Origin: Octopus vulgaris
Taxonomy: Eukaryota
Reading direction: 5' to 3'
NCBI GenBank assembly: GCA_951406725.2
Contig: OX597827.1
Location: 63,736,001-63,800,000, forward strand
Length of the DNA: 64,000 nucleotides
Below the pieces are notes generated by a model. That model was given only the letters and a program-made list of their open reading frames with translations, was not told the origin of the DNA and did not search any database. Shown piece by piece: positions 14,087 through 27,200 of this stretch (its first letter is position 1; each line of letters starts with the position of its first letter). The translations under genes were made by a program, and so were the position numbers.

Positions 14087-14348
14087 GTATGTGTGCATAT
14101 ATGTTTGTGTATCTGTGTTTATCCCCTCAACATCGCTTGACAATTGATGCTGGTGTGTTTACATCCTGGTAACTTAGGTGTTCGGCAAAAGAGATTGATA
14201 GAAAGTACTAGGCTTACAAGCAATAAGTCCTGGGGTCGATTTGCTCGACTAAAGGCGGTGCTCCAGCATGGCCACAGTCAAATGACTGAAAGAAGTAAAA
14301 AAGTATAGGATTGAACGCCACGCATCCATTTCCAAGTAAGTTTTATCT

Positions 14349-14409
<61 letters not shown>

Positions 14410-14442
14410 CACATACATATATACACATACATATATATATAT

Positions 14443-14518
<76 letters not shown>

Positions 14519-15470
14519 TTTGTCTTGTTGCAGAATGAATGCTCTAGAATACATCACACATTCTCTGCTGCATGGCACCAGAATAAATATTAGAGAGATT
14601 TTAAACATTTAAAGCTACTTCACTATACTGATCTTGTTTAGAGAGTTAGCGAGCTGTATTTTGATCCAAAGAGAATATATATGTATGTTTTCTTGAAGAT
14701 TTATATAAATCCTTTTCTCACTGAATTCAAGCCAGTTGCAAACAAAGCAACGTGGCTTCTTTGTTTGAATCGAAATAATTGCAAAGATTTGCATACGTGT
14801 GTGTGTGTGTGTGTAAGTGTGTTGATGTATGAATACATATAAGTATATATTTGCATATATATGTCTGTGTTTGTGTGTGTGTGTGGAGATATTTGTGTTT
14901 GTATTGGATAACTGTTCAGCACATGGATATACATGCTTGCTTCATGTGAGTATGACATGTGTGCATATATGATAGATTGGTGTGTGTGTGTGTGCATGTG
15001 TGTGTGTCATGTGTATATGACTGCTAAGCAACGGGAGCATGAACATGCACAAACATAACGACACACATACACACATGCATACACACAGGTGCACATACAC
15101 ACACACATACATGTGTTTGTGTGTGTGTGTATATATTCAGAAATTATACATAGAAGTACAAACAAATGGGAAATACACACATAGGATGTTGCTAAATCCT
15201 CTTCCGATATCATCCAAAGGATTGTAGCAATTTCACTCCTTTAATGATAATATTACTCCCCCCTCTGGTGGTGTCAGCGACAAGCAGCTGCTGGGAAACA
15301 GCAAGCAAAGAAACAAGGGATCGAACATTGCAGAAAAGTGAATATACAAACAATAATGAAATAAATATACATTAAAAAATAAAATAATTTTTGAGATGAT
15401 ACAAACAGCAAATGGACAAGAGACAAAGACGGAAACAAACACAATGGTGAAATCTTATGCTAATTCAGAG

Positions 15471-15689
15471 CAGTGGCTTTCAACCAGAGTTCCGCGGAAC
15501 CTTAGGGTTCCACCAGTACAGTCCAGGGGTTCCGCAAGAAGTTACAAAACTGCTAAAATCAGCAGTAATTTTTAATTCTCCTGTGCAGATATGTGTGCAG
15601 AAGACTATTAAATTATTGCACAGGGATTCCTCGAGCCAGTGGAATGTTTCCTTGGGGTTCTGCTTCAGCAAAAAGTTTGAAAAGCACTG
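15471..15689. mobile_element. hAT (Charlie-like) MITE, 219 bp
   Basis: TIRs CAGTGGCTTTCAA / TTGAAAAGCACTG; perfect 8-bp TSD ATTCAGAG (15463-15470, 15690-15697). Confidence 0.9.
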
Positions 15690-17002
15690 ATTCAGAGTAT
15701 TTAGTTACATCATTTTATATTTGGTGTTCAAATCACAACAGATTTAACTTTTGATTTCATTCTTCTGGGGACAGGCATCAAGGATGAAACAGGTACCAGC
15801 CAAGATGCATATATACGTGTGTGTGTGTTTGTGTATGCGTGTATGTGTGTATATCGATGTTTGTCTTTATGCCATTGCTTGGCAACAGGTGATAGTTTGT
15901 TTCCATCCCTGTAGGTTTGCGGTTCAGCAAATGAGTCCAAAAGAGTCTGATAGAATAAGTACCAGTTTAAAAAAAATAAAAACCAGGGCCAATTAATTCA
16001 CCTAAAACCCTCTAAGGCAGTGCCCCAGCATGGCCACAGTTTAATAACTGAAGCAAGTAAAAGATAAAACATACGTAGAAGTGGCTGTGTGGTAAGTAGC
16101 TTGCTTACGAACCACATGGTTCTGGGTTCAGTCCCACTGCGTAGCACCTTGGGCAAGTGTCTTCTACTATAGCCTCAGGTCGACCAAAGCCTTGTGAGTG
16201 GACTTGGTTGACAGAAACTGAAAGAAGCCCGTCGTATATATGTTTATATATATGTATGTGTGTGTATATGTTTGTGTGTCTGTGTTTGTCACCCAACATC
16301 GCTTGACAACTGATGCTGGTGTGTTTACGTCCCCGAAACTTAGTGGTTCGGCAAAAGAGACCGATTGAATAAGTACTAGGCTTACAAAGAATAAGTCCCG
16401 GGGTTGATTTGCTCCAGCATGGCCACGGTCAAATGACTGAAACAAGTAAAAAGGTTAAAAAGATAGAAGATATATAAAACTATTACATACCTTTATTACA
16501 TTAATCAATATTTCTGTACAACAAAATAATGAATAACACAGTTTTCAAGATGCCTGAGCATTAATATGGATTTTCTTAAACCTTAAATTATATAATTATA
16601 TTTGTAAATATCTGCAGTGCACCGAACTACCTCTTCTGCTGCACCATTTTTACACAACAGTAGTAAGTTACTCTTTGTAGTAAATAGCAGGGTTTAAGGA
16701 AACTAGTGATGGTCTATGGTCTGTCACACTTGTAATTTCAAGATCACAGTTCCAATTCTCACTTTGGTGGTGAATTGTGTTCTTGGGCAAAACGTTTTAT
16801 TTTATTTTGCTCCTGTCTACTCACCTGTAAATGAGTGACCCTATGACGGACTGGTTTTTGGTGTTCTATTATTCAATGGGAGACATTGGCCTGCCCGCCT
16901 AGCTGATGAGGTGGCATTCTTCAAAAGCTGAAAAGCACTGCAAGAAAGCACATTGTGAAAAGTAGTGTGTAACAATATCTGATAGCCTGGTCAATACAGT
17001 CA

Positions 17003-17037
<35 letters not shown>

Positions 17038-17099
17038 CCATGATAGATCACTAGCCACTACACATTCTTTATTTTCTCTCCTTGTTTCTTTCTCTGTTC

Positions 17100-17135
17100 C
17101 TTTCTGTGGAAGAGCATAGGCTCGAAATGTTAAAG
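17100..17135 (+). ncRNA. Hammerhead-like motif (atypical or decayed core)
   Basis: CTTT-CTGTGGA-A-GAGC(ATAG)GCTC-GAAA-TG-TT-AAAG; 4-bp stems I and II. Confidence 0.45.
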
Positions 17136-17406
17136 ATTTTTTCACTTCCTGAGCGTTATACTAATACATCTGTTTGTTGTCTACACCACCTGTCTTTGTC
17201 TTTTTTTTTTTTGTGAATTCTCCCGATAAATATATATATATATATAATGGAGAAATTATACAAAATGTGTAAATAGATGATAAGTAAAGCACTGGCACAG
17301 CTTCGATTACCTGTTGTTATCCATAGATTTATAGCAGGAACTTCGTAGTGGTGGTTGGGGTAACAGTGTTAATAAAATAGATAGAGTGAGTAAAATATTT
17401 TATTGG

Positions 17407-17446
17407 GTATGACATGTTTCAACCTGTTCTGGGTCTCTTTGGGTAC
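17407..17446 (-). ncRNA. Hammerhead-like motif (decayed core)
   Basis: GTAC-CCAAAGA-GACC(CAGAACA)GGTT-GAAAC-AT-GTC-ATAC. Confidence 0.5.
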
Positions 17447-18031
17447 ATCAATAAAAGAAGTCTTACTAGAGATTTTCTGATTCGGTTTTACACACTGCCA
17501 TATGTCCATCATCTTTATGTGTGTTTGTGTATATGTATAGGTATGCATGTATATGTGTATATATATGTATATATGTATGCATACATTTAATGTATGTATT
17601 AAATTGAAGACTGGAATTTTTAGTATCATTTTTGATTCTGTTGTTACAATTCCTTATATATGTATATACATTCTTTTAAGTACCCATGTGTATTTCTTCA
17701 AACTGAACCTCAAAAATAGATAAACCTTCTGTATATACACACTTCGATAGCCAGTTGTCAGTATTCACTGGAGAGGTGCTTCCTAAATACACAGGTCAGA
17801 TTCTAATCCCCTCTTCTCAATATATATATCCCCTCTCTCTCTTTGGGAGAGGCACAAGCACCTACACGCACATATGCACACACGGCAGTTACTTCCACCA
17901 ACCGAATTCAATCACAAAGCTCCGGTCAGCTCGGGGCTATAGTGAAAGACACTTACCCAAAGTGCCACGCAGTGGGACTGAACCCGAAACCATGTAGCTA
18001 GAAAGCAAGCTCTCTAACCACACAGCCATGC

Positions 18032-18215
<184 letters not shown>

Positions 18216-19443
18216 ACACACACACACACATACAAATGTATATATCCTTTAAGTTCATTTATGGGAAACATTTTGAATATACATATAAAAGCTCCTATTT
18301 TATTATGCCAGCTACAAACCTAATGATGCCAACTAGTAATAGCAGATTTTGGGGTCACACCAAGTTGTGCCAAAATGATGTAGAATAAATTATATATATA
18401 GTGAACAGTCCTCAATCAAACCCTCCAACCCATGCCAGCATGGAAAGCAGATGTTAAACAATGATGATGATGATGAGATTTAATTTGAAAGCATTATCAT
18501 TATTAGTATTTATTTCTATTGCTCTTATTATTTGGTGCTACATTCTCCGTCTTTTCTTCTTTACCATACTTGTGAATATGTGCTTATGTAAGCATGTGTG
18601 AGTGTGTATAGGTCCACAGAAGTATGTTTGTTGAGGTATGGCTTTGATAGCCTTCCTTTCTCTATCCATCACACTCTTCTCTCTCAATCTGTACCCTCTC
18701 ACTTCTTTCACCATCTATCTTTTTATTCTGCTATAACTTGACAATATATATTTACATACTAGTGTAGATATGTGTGTGTGTGTGAGAAGAGAAGAAAGAG
18801 AAGAAGAAGAAGTAATTGTGTTGACACACCTTTGACAATCCTTTCAGATACACAGGCACCCACACACACACACACTCTCTCACAAAACAATGATAAAAAG
18901 AAATCCATACAATTTTTTGAGAAGTGACATTTTGCCCCCCTTGAAGTGACCAGCTGGGTTTGCCATTTCTAAAAGCCAAGAATCATTTACTATTGAAAGA
19001 CTGACCAGTTGCAAAAATGTAAACACATTTTTTTCTTCTTTCTCTCTCCCTCCTTCCTTTCATTCCCCTTTCCCATTTGACACCTTTTTTCAGATACACA
19101 GACACCCACACACATGCACGCACACACACATACACACACACACACATACACACACTCACAAGGCAATGATAAAAAGGAAATCCATACAATTTTTTGAAAA
19201 GTAGCATTTTCCCCCCTTTGGAGTGACCAGCTGCAAAGATATCAACAAATTTTTTCTTCTTTCTCTCCTTCTTATTCCTTTCCTTCTCTATTTCTTTAAC
19301 ACTCCTTTCAGATACAAACACACACACACATGTGCACTCTCTCTCACTTTCTCCCCATTCCTCACCTTCTTGTACTATCTTATATCTCTCCCCACCCCTA
19401 CACACTCAATAATACTATAAAATGAGACCAAATTCCTGCAAAA

Positions 19444-19476
19444 GTGAAAACTCCACTACAGTGGACGAAAGCGCTG
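19444..19476 (+). ncRNA. Hammerhead-like motif (decayed), copy 1 of a two-copy family
   Basis: GTGAAAA-CTCCAC(TACA)GTGGAC-GAAA-GCGC-TG; stem III AGCGCT; downstream ~90 bp shared with 59350-59440. Confidence 0.5.
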
Positions 19477-19565
19477 ATATATGATATATGATTTATAAAA
19501 ACATGTAACATACTTATAAATATCTGTAAATATAAAACCATCCAGATTTCTGAGTACCTCATTTC

Positions 19566-19612
<47 letters not shown>

Positions 19613-19639
19613 ACTACGTTTATTCATACACTGTTACGA

Positions 19640-20692
19640 AAATTTAACCTTTTTTAGGCTACTTTCAAGCCTTCGCCATAACTTGATTTATCTTTCCTAT
19701 CTCTCTCTCTACAAAATTTAACTTTAGGCTGCCTCAAGCCGTAATCCCATCTCTTCCCATCTTTCCGCCAGTGGCGGTGCGCCCGCCCCCCACCCCCACC
19801 ACCAATACCGATGAACATTGTTCTCACCCCCACCACCAATACCGGTGAACACTGTTCTCACCGCCACCACCAATACCAGTATACCCAGTTCTCACCATCT
19901 ACACCGGATACGCCTTACTCATCTACACCGGGTACGCCCTACTCCCTCCTCCCCCCACTACCCCTTCTCCTCATATGCTTTCACTGTGAAAAGACAAGCT
20001 GCTAGCGCCATAGCTCATCAACTGCCCTGCTAGCGCCATAGCTCATCAACTGCCCACCGATCTTACGCTTCCTCCTGACACTGCCTCATTCCGACCATCC
20101 CCTTTAGTACCCTCCCGCCTCGTAATATCCTACGTTTTTATTTCTTAGGAACCTACACCAACCCTTCCTGCCATCGTTCCTCCTTACCCCAACCTTCCCA
20201 CTGGTTGCTCCCCTATATTACCCGCCTCAACTGGACCCCCCCCCCAACTCAACTCTAGAATATCTGTATTTCTTTCCTCTACCTAATTACGTTACTCAGT
20301 GACGATAAATGCTGTGACTACAAAGACCCGGGCTGCTTTCTGCAGCAATTCCACATACCCCCTACCCATTCTAAGTACCCCGGATCCCCAAAGTACCCTG
20401 GATCCCCAAAGTACCCCGGACCTCGTTGCCCCCGTGCCGCTGACACGTTAAAATGCTCGAACCGATCGTGACGATGCCGGACCCTCCGGCCCCTGTGCAG
20501 GTGGCACGTAAAAAGCACCCAATCCACTCACGGAGTGGTTGGCGTTAGGAAGGGCATCCAGCCGTAGAAACTCTGCCAGATTCAGACTGGAGCCTGGTGC
20601 GGCCCCTGGCTTCCCAGACCCGGTCAAACCATCCAACCCGTGCTAGCGCGGAAAGCGGACGTTAAACGATGATGATGATGATGATGATGATG
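19640..20692 (+). mobile_element. Long, CpG-rich family C-tailed insertion with a unique 5' body
   Basis: ~800-bp C-rich body with serial micro-duplications, contiguous with an intact family C tail and (GAT)n. Confidence 0.6.
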
Positions 20693-21556
20693 ATATACAC
20701 CATGCAAATATGCTGTACTTGAGAAGATTTGTCAAGCCAAATGAAACTGCACGTATGACTGTTGCCGCTGGCATGTAAAAAGCACCCATTGCACTCTCAG
20801 GGTGGTTGGCATTAGGAAGGGCATCCAGCCATAGAAGCTGTGCCAAATCAGACTGGAACCTGGTGCAGCTCTCCGGCTGACCAGTTCTACTCAAACCACC
20901 TAACCCATGCCAGCATGGAAAATGGATGTTAAATGATGATGATGAAGATGATGATATATTATTCAAAAATATAAACAATAATAGACCATGCATGAATTTA
21001 TAATAAACCATAAAATGAATTTCTAGATGAAACAAAACTAAACACTTAATTTATATTTGAAAAACTTTTGCCAACTTTTTTTTTTTTTAATTACAAAATC
21101 TTTGATCAGATCTGCACTATGATTCCATGAACAGTTCAAAAATACATTTCCGACCATACAAATATACTTCTGTGTACATGCTTATGTTGCTTAATAGTTA
21201 AACCACTGCTGATGTATATATACTCTTTTACTCTTTTACTTGACTGCGGCCATGCTGGAGCACCGCCTTTAATCGAGCAAATTGACCCCAGGACTTATTC
21301 TTTATAAGAATAGTACTTATTCTATCGGTCTCTTTTGCCAGACTGCTAAGTTACTGCGGTGTAAACACACCAGCATTGGTTGTCAAGTGATGTTGGTGGG
21401 ACAAACATATACACACACATACATATATATACATGTAAAAATACACTCATCTAAGTATATATATATATATACACATGTACACCAAATCGTCATTTTATCG
21501 TCATTAACACTATCATCATCAGTATAGTTTTATGTTCTTTTCTTTCTTTTTACCAG

Positions 21557-21640
21557 GGAGGAGACGAAGCTATTGCTGTGAGGCGCCACAGGGGACGAAA
21601 TGGAAGACAGATCGAGACAGTTGATCTCTACAAACAGAAG
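21557..21640 (+). CDS. Internal coding exon (84 nt, phase 0-0) of an unidentified gene: GGDEAIAVRRHRGRNGRQIETVDLYKQK
   Basis: Long polypyrimidine tract ending ttttaccAG; donor AAG|GTAAAC; only one of three frames is open; unique non-repetitive sequence. Confidence 0.75.
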
Positions 21641-22210
21641 GTAAACTTCGCACGTTTATTTTATAGCAGAAGAAACAACTCCTATTTGTTGCTGTTGTTT
21701 GGTTCCAAATCAGCTGACCTTTGATTGCTGGCATTTGGACACAATATATCTTGGAGTCTAGGCTCATGCAATCCAATATCTCCTTTTTCTTTTTCTTTTT
21801 CTTTTTTTTTTCTTTTAAGAAAGTGAAGGTGTAATTTCAAGGAGATTTAGATGTTATTTCTAGCAAGCCACGTGGCCATATAGAGGCTGTCATCAACTCC
21901 AGAGGTGTAAAAAGGCAAAGCTGACTTCGGTCAGATTTGAACTCAAACTGTTAAGAACCAAAAGACATGTTGTTAAGCATTTTGTTCAACATGCTAGGAA
22001 TTCTTCCAGCTTACCATTTTTAACTGGTACCTCTGTCAGTTATGACAATGAGGGTTCCAGTCGATCCCACTGCTGGAACCCCAACCATGCTCAGGAAATT
22101 AATGTGCAAAGTGGCTGAGCATTCCACAGATACGTACTTCTCAGGGAAACTCAGCATGACACAGAATGTGACAATACTGTCCCATTGAAATATGGGCACT
22201 ACTCATTTCT

Positions 22211-22440
22211 TATTTCTTTACTACCCACAAGGGGCTAAACACAGAGAGGACAAACAAGGACAGACAAACGGATTAAGTCGATTACATTGACCCCAGTACG
22301 CAACTGGTACTTATTTAATCGACCCCGAAAGGATGAAAGGCAAAGTCGACCTCGGCGGAATTTGAACCCAGAACGCAACGGCAGACAAAATACGGCTACG
22401 CATTTCGCCCGGCGTGCTAATGGTTCTGCCAGCTCGCCGC
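22211..22440 (-). mobile_element. SINE family B, full-length, with 12-bp TSD CTACTCATTTCT
   Basis: Other copies at ~2527-2757(-), 23495-23730(-, TSD TCTACCAAATATT), 24352-24560(-), 39135-39608(-, two), 45095-45290(-), 45743-45958(-), 47181-47630(-, two), 52675-52915(+), 61411-61627(+). Confidence 0.85.
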
Positions 22441-23055
22441 CTACTCATTTCTACCAGCTGAGTGGACTGGAGCTATGTGAAATAAAGTGTCTTGCTCAAG
22501 GACACACTGCACACCTGGAATTGAACTCACAATCATACGATTGTGAGCCTCTTACACTAACAACAAAGCCCCATTAGAATTCTAATATAGTAAATTAAAA
22601 CTGTAATCAGGTGAGATTATCTAAACAGTTAGTAGACAAAATCTCATTTTAGAGGCATTGAACAGTGGAGATATTTCCAATACGGTATGTTCATAGGAAT
22701 ATTTGAAGGTATAGACATGGCTGTGTGGTAAGAAGCTTGCTTTCCAACCATGTGATTCAGGGTTCAGTCCCACTGCATGGCACCTTCCAGGCTAACCAAA
22801 ATCTTGTGACTGGATTTGGTAGACAGAAACTGAGAGAAGCCTATTGTATGTAGACATATATGTTTGTGTATATGTGTCTGTGTATCTGTGTTTGTCCTCC
22901 GCTACTGCATGACAACTGGTATTGGTGTGTTGATGTGCCCATAACTTAGCAATTTGGCAAAAGAGTTCAATAGAATAGGTACCAGACTTGAAACAAATAG
23001 GTGCTGGGATCAATTCATTTGACAAAATTCCTCAAGGCTCTGCCTTGAGGAATTT

Positions 23056-23205
23056 ATAATTGGAGCATTGGACATGATAAAATATCAGATGAACAAAACT
23101 GTAGATGCTATGCCTGGGTCCTCAACACTACACACTGTCCAAAAAATAGCCCTGCTAAGAACTGCCCACATTCTACGCAAGACACTATCAATCCAATTAT
23201 ACAAC
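23056..23205 (+). mobile_element. C-terminal fragment of an R4/Dong-like (RLE) non-LTR retrotransposon, 3' UTR following
   Basis: IIGALDMIK...PGSSTLHTVQKIALLRTAHILRKTLSIQ matches the characteristic RLE-element C-terminus (GALG..QK..LLGTAHILR..L). Confidence 0.75.
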
Positions 23206-23994
23206 CTAAACAAAACAACCCACAAATACAAAACACACTCTATATACCATTTATCCAGTGAAATAAACTACCACCAGCAAGTTAGAAAACCAAAGCGTTA
23301 CACACTCAACACACAGCACAATCAGTAACAAGACAGCAAAAGACAGTGACACACCTCAAGGAAAAAAAACTAACACAATACAGTATTGAAAAGAGTTTGT
23401 ACAGCAGAAAAGAACATGCAATGCTGCACACACCTCACCAACATGGTAGTGTAGCAGGTGATACGCTAGAAATTCGCCTCGTTCTACCAAATATTTATTT
23501 CTCTATTGCCCACAGGGGCTAAACATAAAAGGGACAAACAAAGACAGATAAAGGGGTTAAATCGATTACATCACTCCCAGTGCATAACTGGTACTTATTT
23601 AATCGACTCCGAAAGGATAAAAGACAAAGTCAACCTTGGTGGAATTTGAACTCAGAACTTAAAAAGGCAGATGAAATACTGCTAATCATTTTGTCTGGCG
23701 TGCTAACAACTCTGCCAGCTCGCCGCCCTCAATCTACCAAATATTGAACAGTTAAATAATATCTTTAGATGTCAGTGCACAGTTTTTCCAAAACAAACAA
23801 AACGAAAAATTTTCTGGTCATTCTGTCAAAAATTTGAAATTCAATTTAATTTCTCAAATTTTTTAATTGTATTGTCTTTAAAAATCAAATATTTATTATA
23901 TATGACAGAAACATACAACATTCAAGCAAAATGGTAAAAACAATAATAATTAATGATAATTGCAATAACAAGAACAAAGAAAGCAATAAGAATA

Positions 23995-24037
<43 letters not shown>

Positions 24038-24047
24038 TAATAATAAT

Positions 24048-24349
24048 TTATTCTTTTATTAGCCACAAGGGCTCACATAAAATAACATTGAAAGATATGC
24101 AATAACATAAAAGACAAAAACAGGATGATACAAAGGGTTTTACAGTGTGTAATCAATATAAATAACAATTAAAAATTAAACAAATTAAACTCCCAATAGG
24201 GGAGGTACTTTAAGGTCCTTGTGGAAAAACCCACAAAAGTCACGGGAGCCTGAACAACAGGGCAAGAGCCCTTCTCCTTTGATCCCCTTTTTACAAATGC
24301 ATGCTCAGAATTGGTCCTTTCACGCTCGCCATTCTTCCAACATTCACCC
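24048..24349 (-). mobile_element. 3' end of a Tx1/L1-like LINE (ORF2 end, 3' UTR, A-rich tail)
   Basis: Minus strand reads VNVGRMASVKGPILSMHL*, then a UTR ending CCTTGTGGCTAATAAAAGAATAA; inserted into the TAA tail of a SINE; clade assignment from memory. Confidence 0.5.
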
Positions 24350-25130
24350 TATCTACTATAGGCACAAGGCCTGAAATTTTTGGGGAAGGGAATAAGTCGA
24401 TTACATCAACCCCAGTGCATAACTGGTACTTATTTAATCGACCCCGAAAGGGTGAAAGGCAAAGTCAACTTCGGCAGAATTGATCCCATAATGTAGCGGC
24501 AGATGAAATACTTCTGTGCATGTCACCCAGTCTGCTAACGATTCTGCCAGCTCACCACCTTAATAATAATAATAACAATAATAATCACAACAACAACAAT
24601 AATAATAATCACAACAAAAACAACAATGATAATGATAATCAGAACAACAACAACAACAACAACAATAATAATTTGATTTATTTGCCTGCCAATATATATT
24701 GTTTGAATAAAATCTCAATTCCTTGTGACAAAAATCTATCTGAAAATATCAACGCGATTTCTTCAAACGCACACTCAGATAAACACTCAGACACACTCAA
24801 AGACACACACACACACACACATACACACAAAAATCCAGATGTCAACAGACTTTTTTTCCAACCAAATGCCAAAAAGAAAAGAATATATATATATATATAT
24901 ATATATATAAACATATATGAATATACATATAAATATAGATACATATATAAATATATATACATAAATATACATATAAATATAGATACATATATAAATATAT
25001 ATACATGTAGCTATATATACATATAAAAATATATATAAATATGCATTTAAATATCTATACATATATAAATATATATCTATAAATATATGTGTATGTGTGT
25101 GTATATATATATATATGTATATATATGTAC

Positions 25131-25205
<75 letters not shown>

Positions 25206-25307
25206 CATATATATATGTATATATATATTTCTACATGTCAATGTAATCTCTTGAAACGCAATGAAAAATTTCCTTCATTTGTCAAGAAAGCTGCTACAAA
25301 GATACAA

Positions 25308-25344
<37 letters not shown>

Positions 25345-25659
25345 AACATGCATATACAAACACACACACATACACCAAAAAAAAATACAAAACCAAAAAC
25401 ACACGAATATAAAACAACATAAAATGCAAATAAAAACAAAAACTAAGAAGCCGAAGTAGACTCTGAGATCCCTAAATTATTATACCAGCCTCTTCATGCA
25501 CTTAAAGTAGAAAGGAGAGAAAAATCCCCCTTTTTTCTCCCTTTCCATGCCACCGACCCCATTCCGGTATGTCTGCTCTTGTTAACGGATATGTCGCTAT
25601 AGCGGCACCATGGGAACGGTCGATCTGTCTTGGAGTCTTGGATGCTTGTTATATCTGTG

Positions 25660-25912
25660 ATTCCCCACTTTTCCTCCCACTACTCTCTCTCCCTTTCTCT
25701 CATTCTCTCTCTCTTTCTCCCTTTCTTTCTCGCACACACGTACACACTCTCTCTTTCTTCCTATTTTTCCCCACATCAACACACACACTCTCTCTCTCTT
25801 TCTCTCTTTATTTCTACCTTGATCTTTCTCTCTTATTTCCCCACACACAAACACATGCACTCTTTCTCTCTCTCTTCTTTCTGTCTGTCTGTCTGTCTAT
25901 ATCTCCTTTCTC

Positions 25913-25961
<49 letters not shown>

Positions 25962-26633
25962 TTTCTCTATCTCTCTCTTCTCCCTTCATCTTTCTTTCTC
26001 CCATTATTTCTACCTTGATCTTTCCCTCTCTTTCTCTCTCTCTTCTCTTATTTCTGCCCCCACTCTCTCTTTCCTTCTCTCTCTCTTTCTTTCTCTCTCT
26101 CTCTTTCTCTCTCTCTCTGTTTCTTTCTATCTCTCTCTTCCTCTTCTCCCTTCATCTTTCTTTCTCCCTTATTTCTACCTTGATCTTTCCCTCTCTTTCT
26201 CTTCTTATTTCTCCCCCACTCTTTCTCCCTCTCTCCCATTTTTCCCTTCATCTTTCTTTATTTCTACCTTGATCTTTCTATCTCTCTCTCTCTCTCGTTT
26301 CTTATTTCTGACCCCAGTCTCTCTTTCTTTCTTTCTCTATCTCTCTCTTCTCCCTTCATCTTTCTTTCTCCCATTATTTCTACCTTGATTTTTCTCTCTC
26401 TTTCTCTCTCTCTTTCTCTCTCTCTTCTCTTATTTCTGCCCCCACTCTCTCTTTCTTTGTCTCTCTCTCTCTCTTTCTCTGTTTCTCTCTCTCTTCCTCT
26501 TCTCCCCCTACACTTTCTCCCTCTCTCCCTCTTTTCCCTTCATCCTTCTTTCCCTCTTTATTTCTACCTTGATCTTTCTCTCTTATTCCTGCCCTCCCAC
26601 TCTCTCTCTCTCTCTCTTTTCTTATTTCTCTCC

Positions 26634-26670
<37 letters not shown>

Positions 26671-26690
26671 TCTCTTCTTCTTTGTATTTC
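25660..26690. repeat. CT-rich degenerate minisatellite with recurring TATTTCTACCTTGATCTTTC
   Basis: Motif recurs about six times, separated by (CT)n. Confidence 0.85.
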
Positions 26691-27139
26691 TTTCACCCAT
26701 TTCCATTTGTTTCTTCTGAAACTTACTCTTCTTCTGTATCTTCTTCCTCAAAATAACACTTTGCCAATCTTCTTCTTTTTCATCTCCTTCTCTTGCAGTA
26801 ACTCCTTCAATGCCTGCTTCTTACTTAATTTCTAAATTTCACTCCCTTTTATTCCAATGCATGCTCTTAATAATTGCGCGTGTGTGTGTGTGTGGTAAAT
26901 ATATATACTTATATGTGTGTGTATATATATATATATATATATTTATGTATATGTGTTTGTATATATGTGTATATATATATTTATGTGTATGTTTATAATA
27001 CATGTGTTTATATTTATATTTATACACAACATTATCACATTTTGCAATGCTATTAGCATGCCTGTCAAAGTGATCTACGCTTGATGTTTTCCTTCTGTCA
27101 GGAAAAAAAAAAGTTACTAAAATGATATATACTTCCTCA

Positions 27140-27200
<61 letters not shown>

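Noticed and set aside
25569-26835. SL-rich / RE-rich ORFs
   Set aside because: CT minisatellite artefacts
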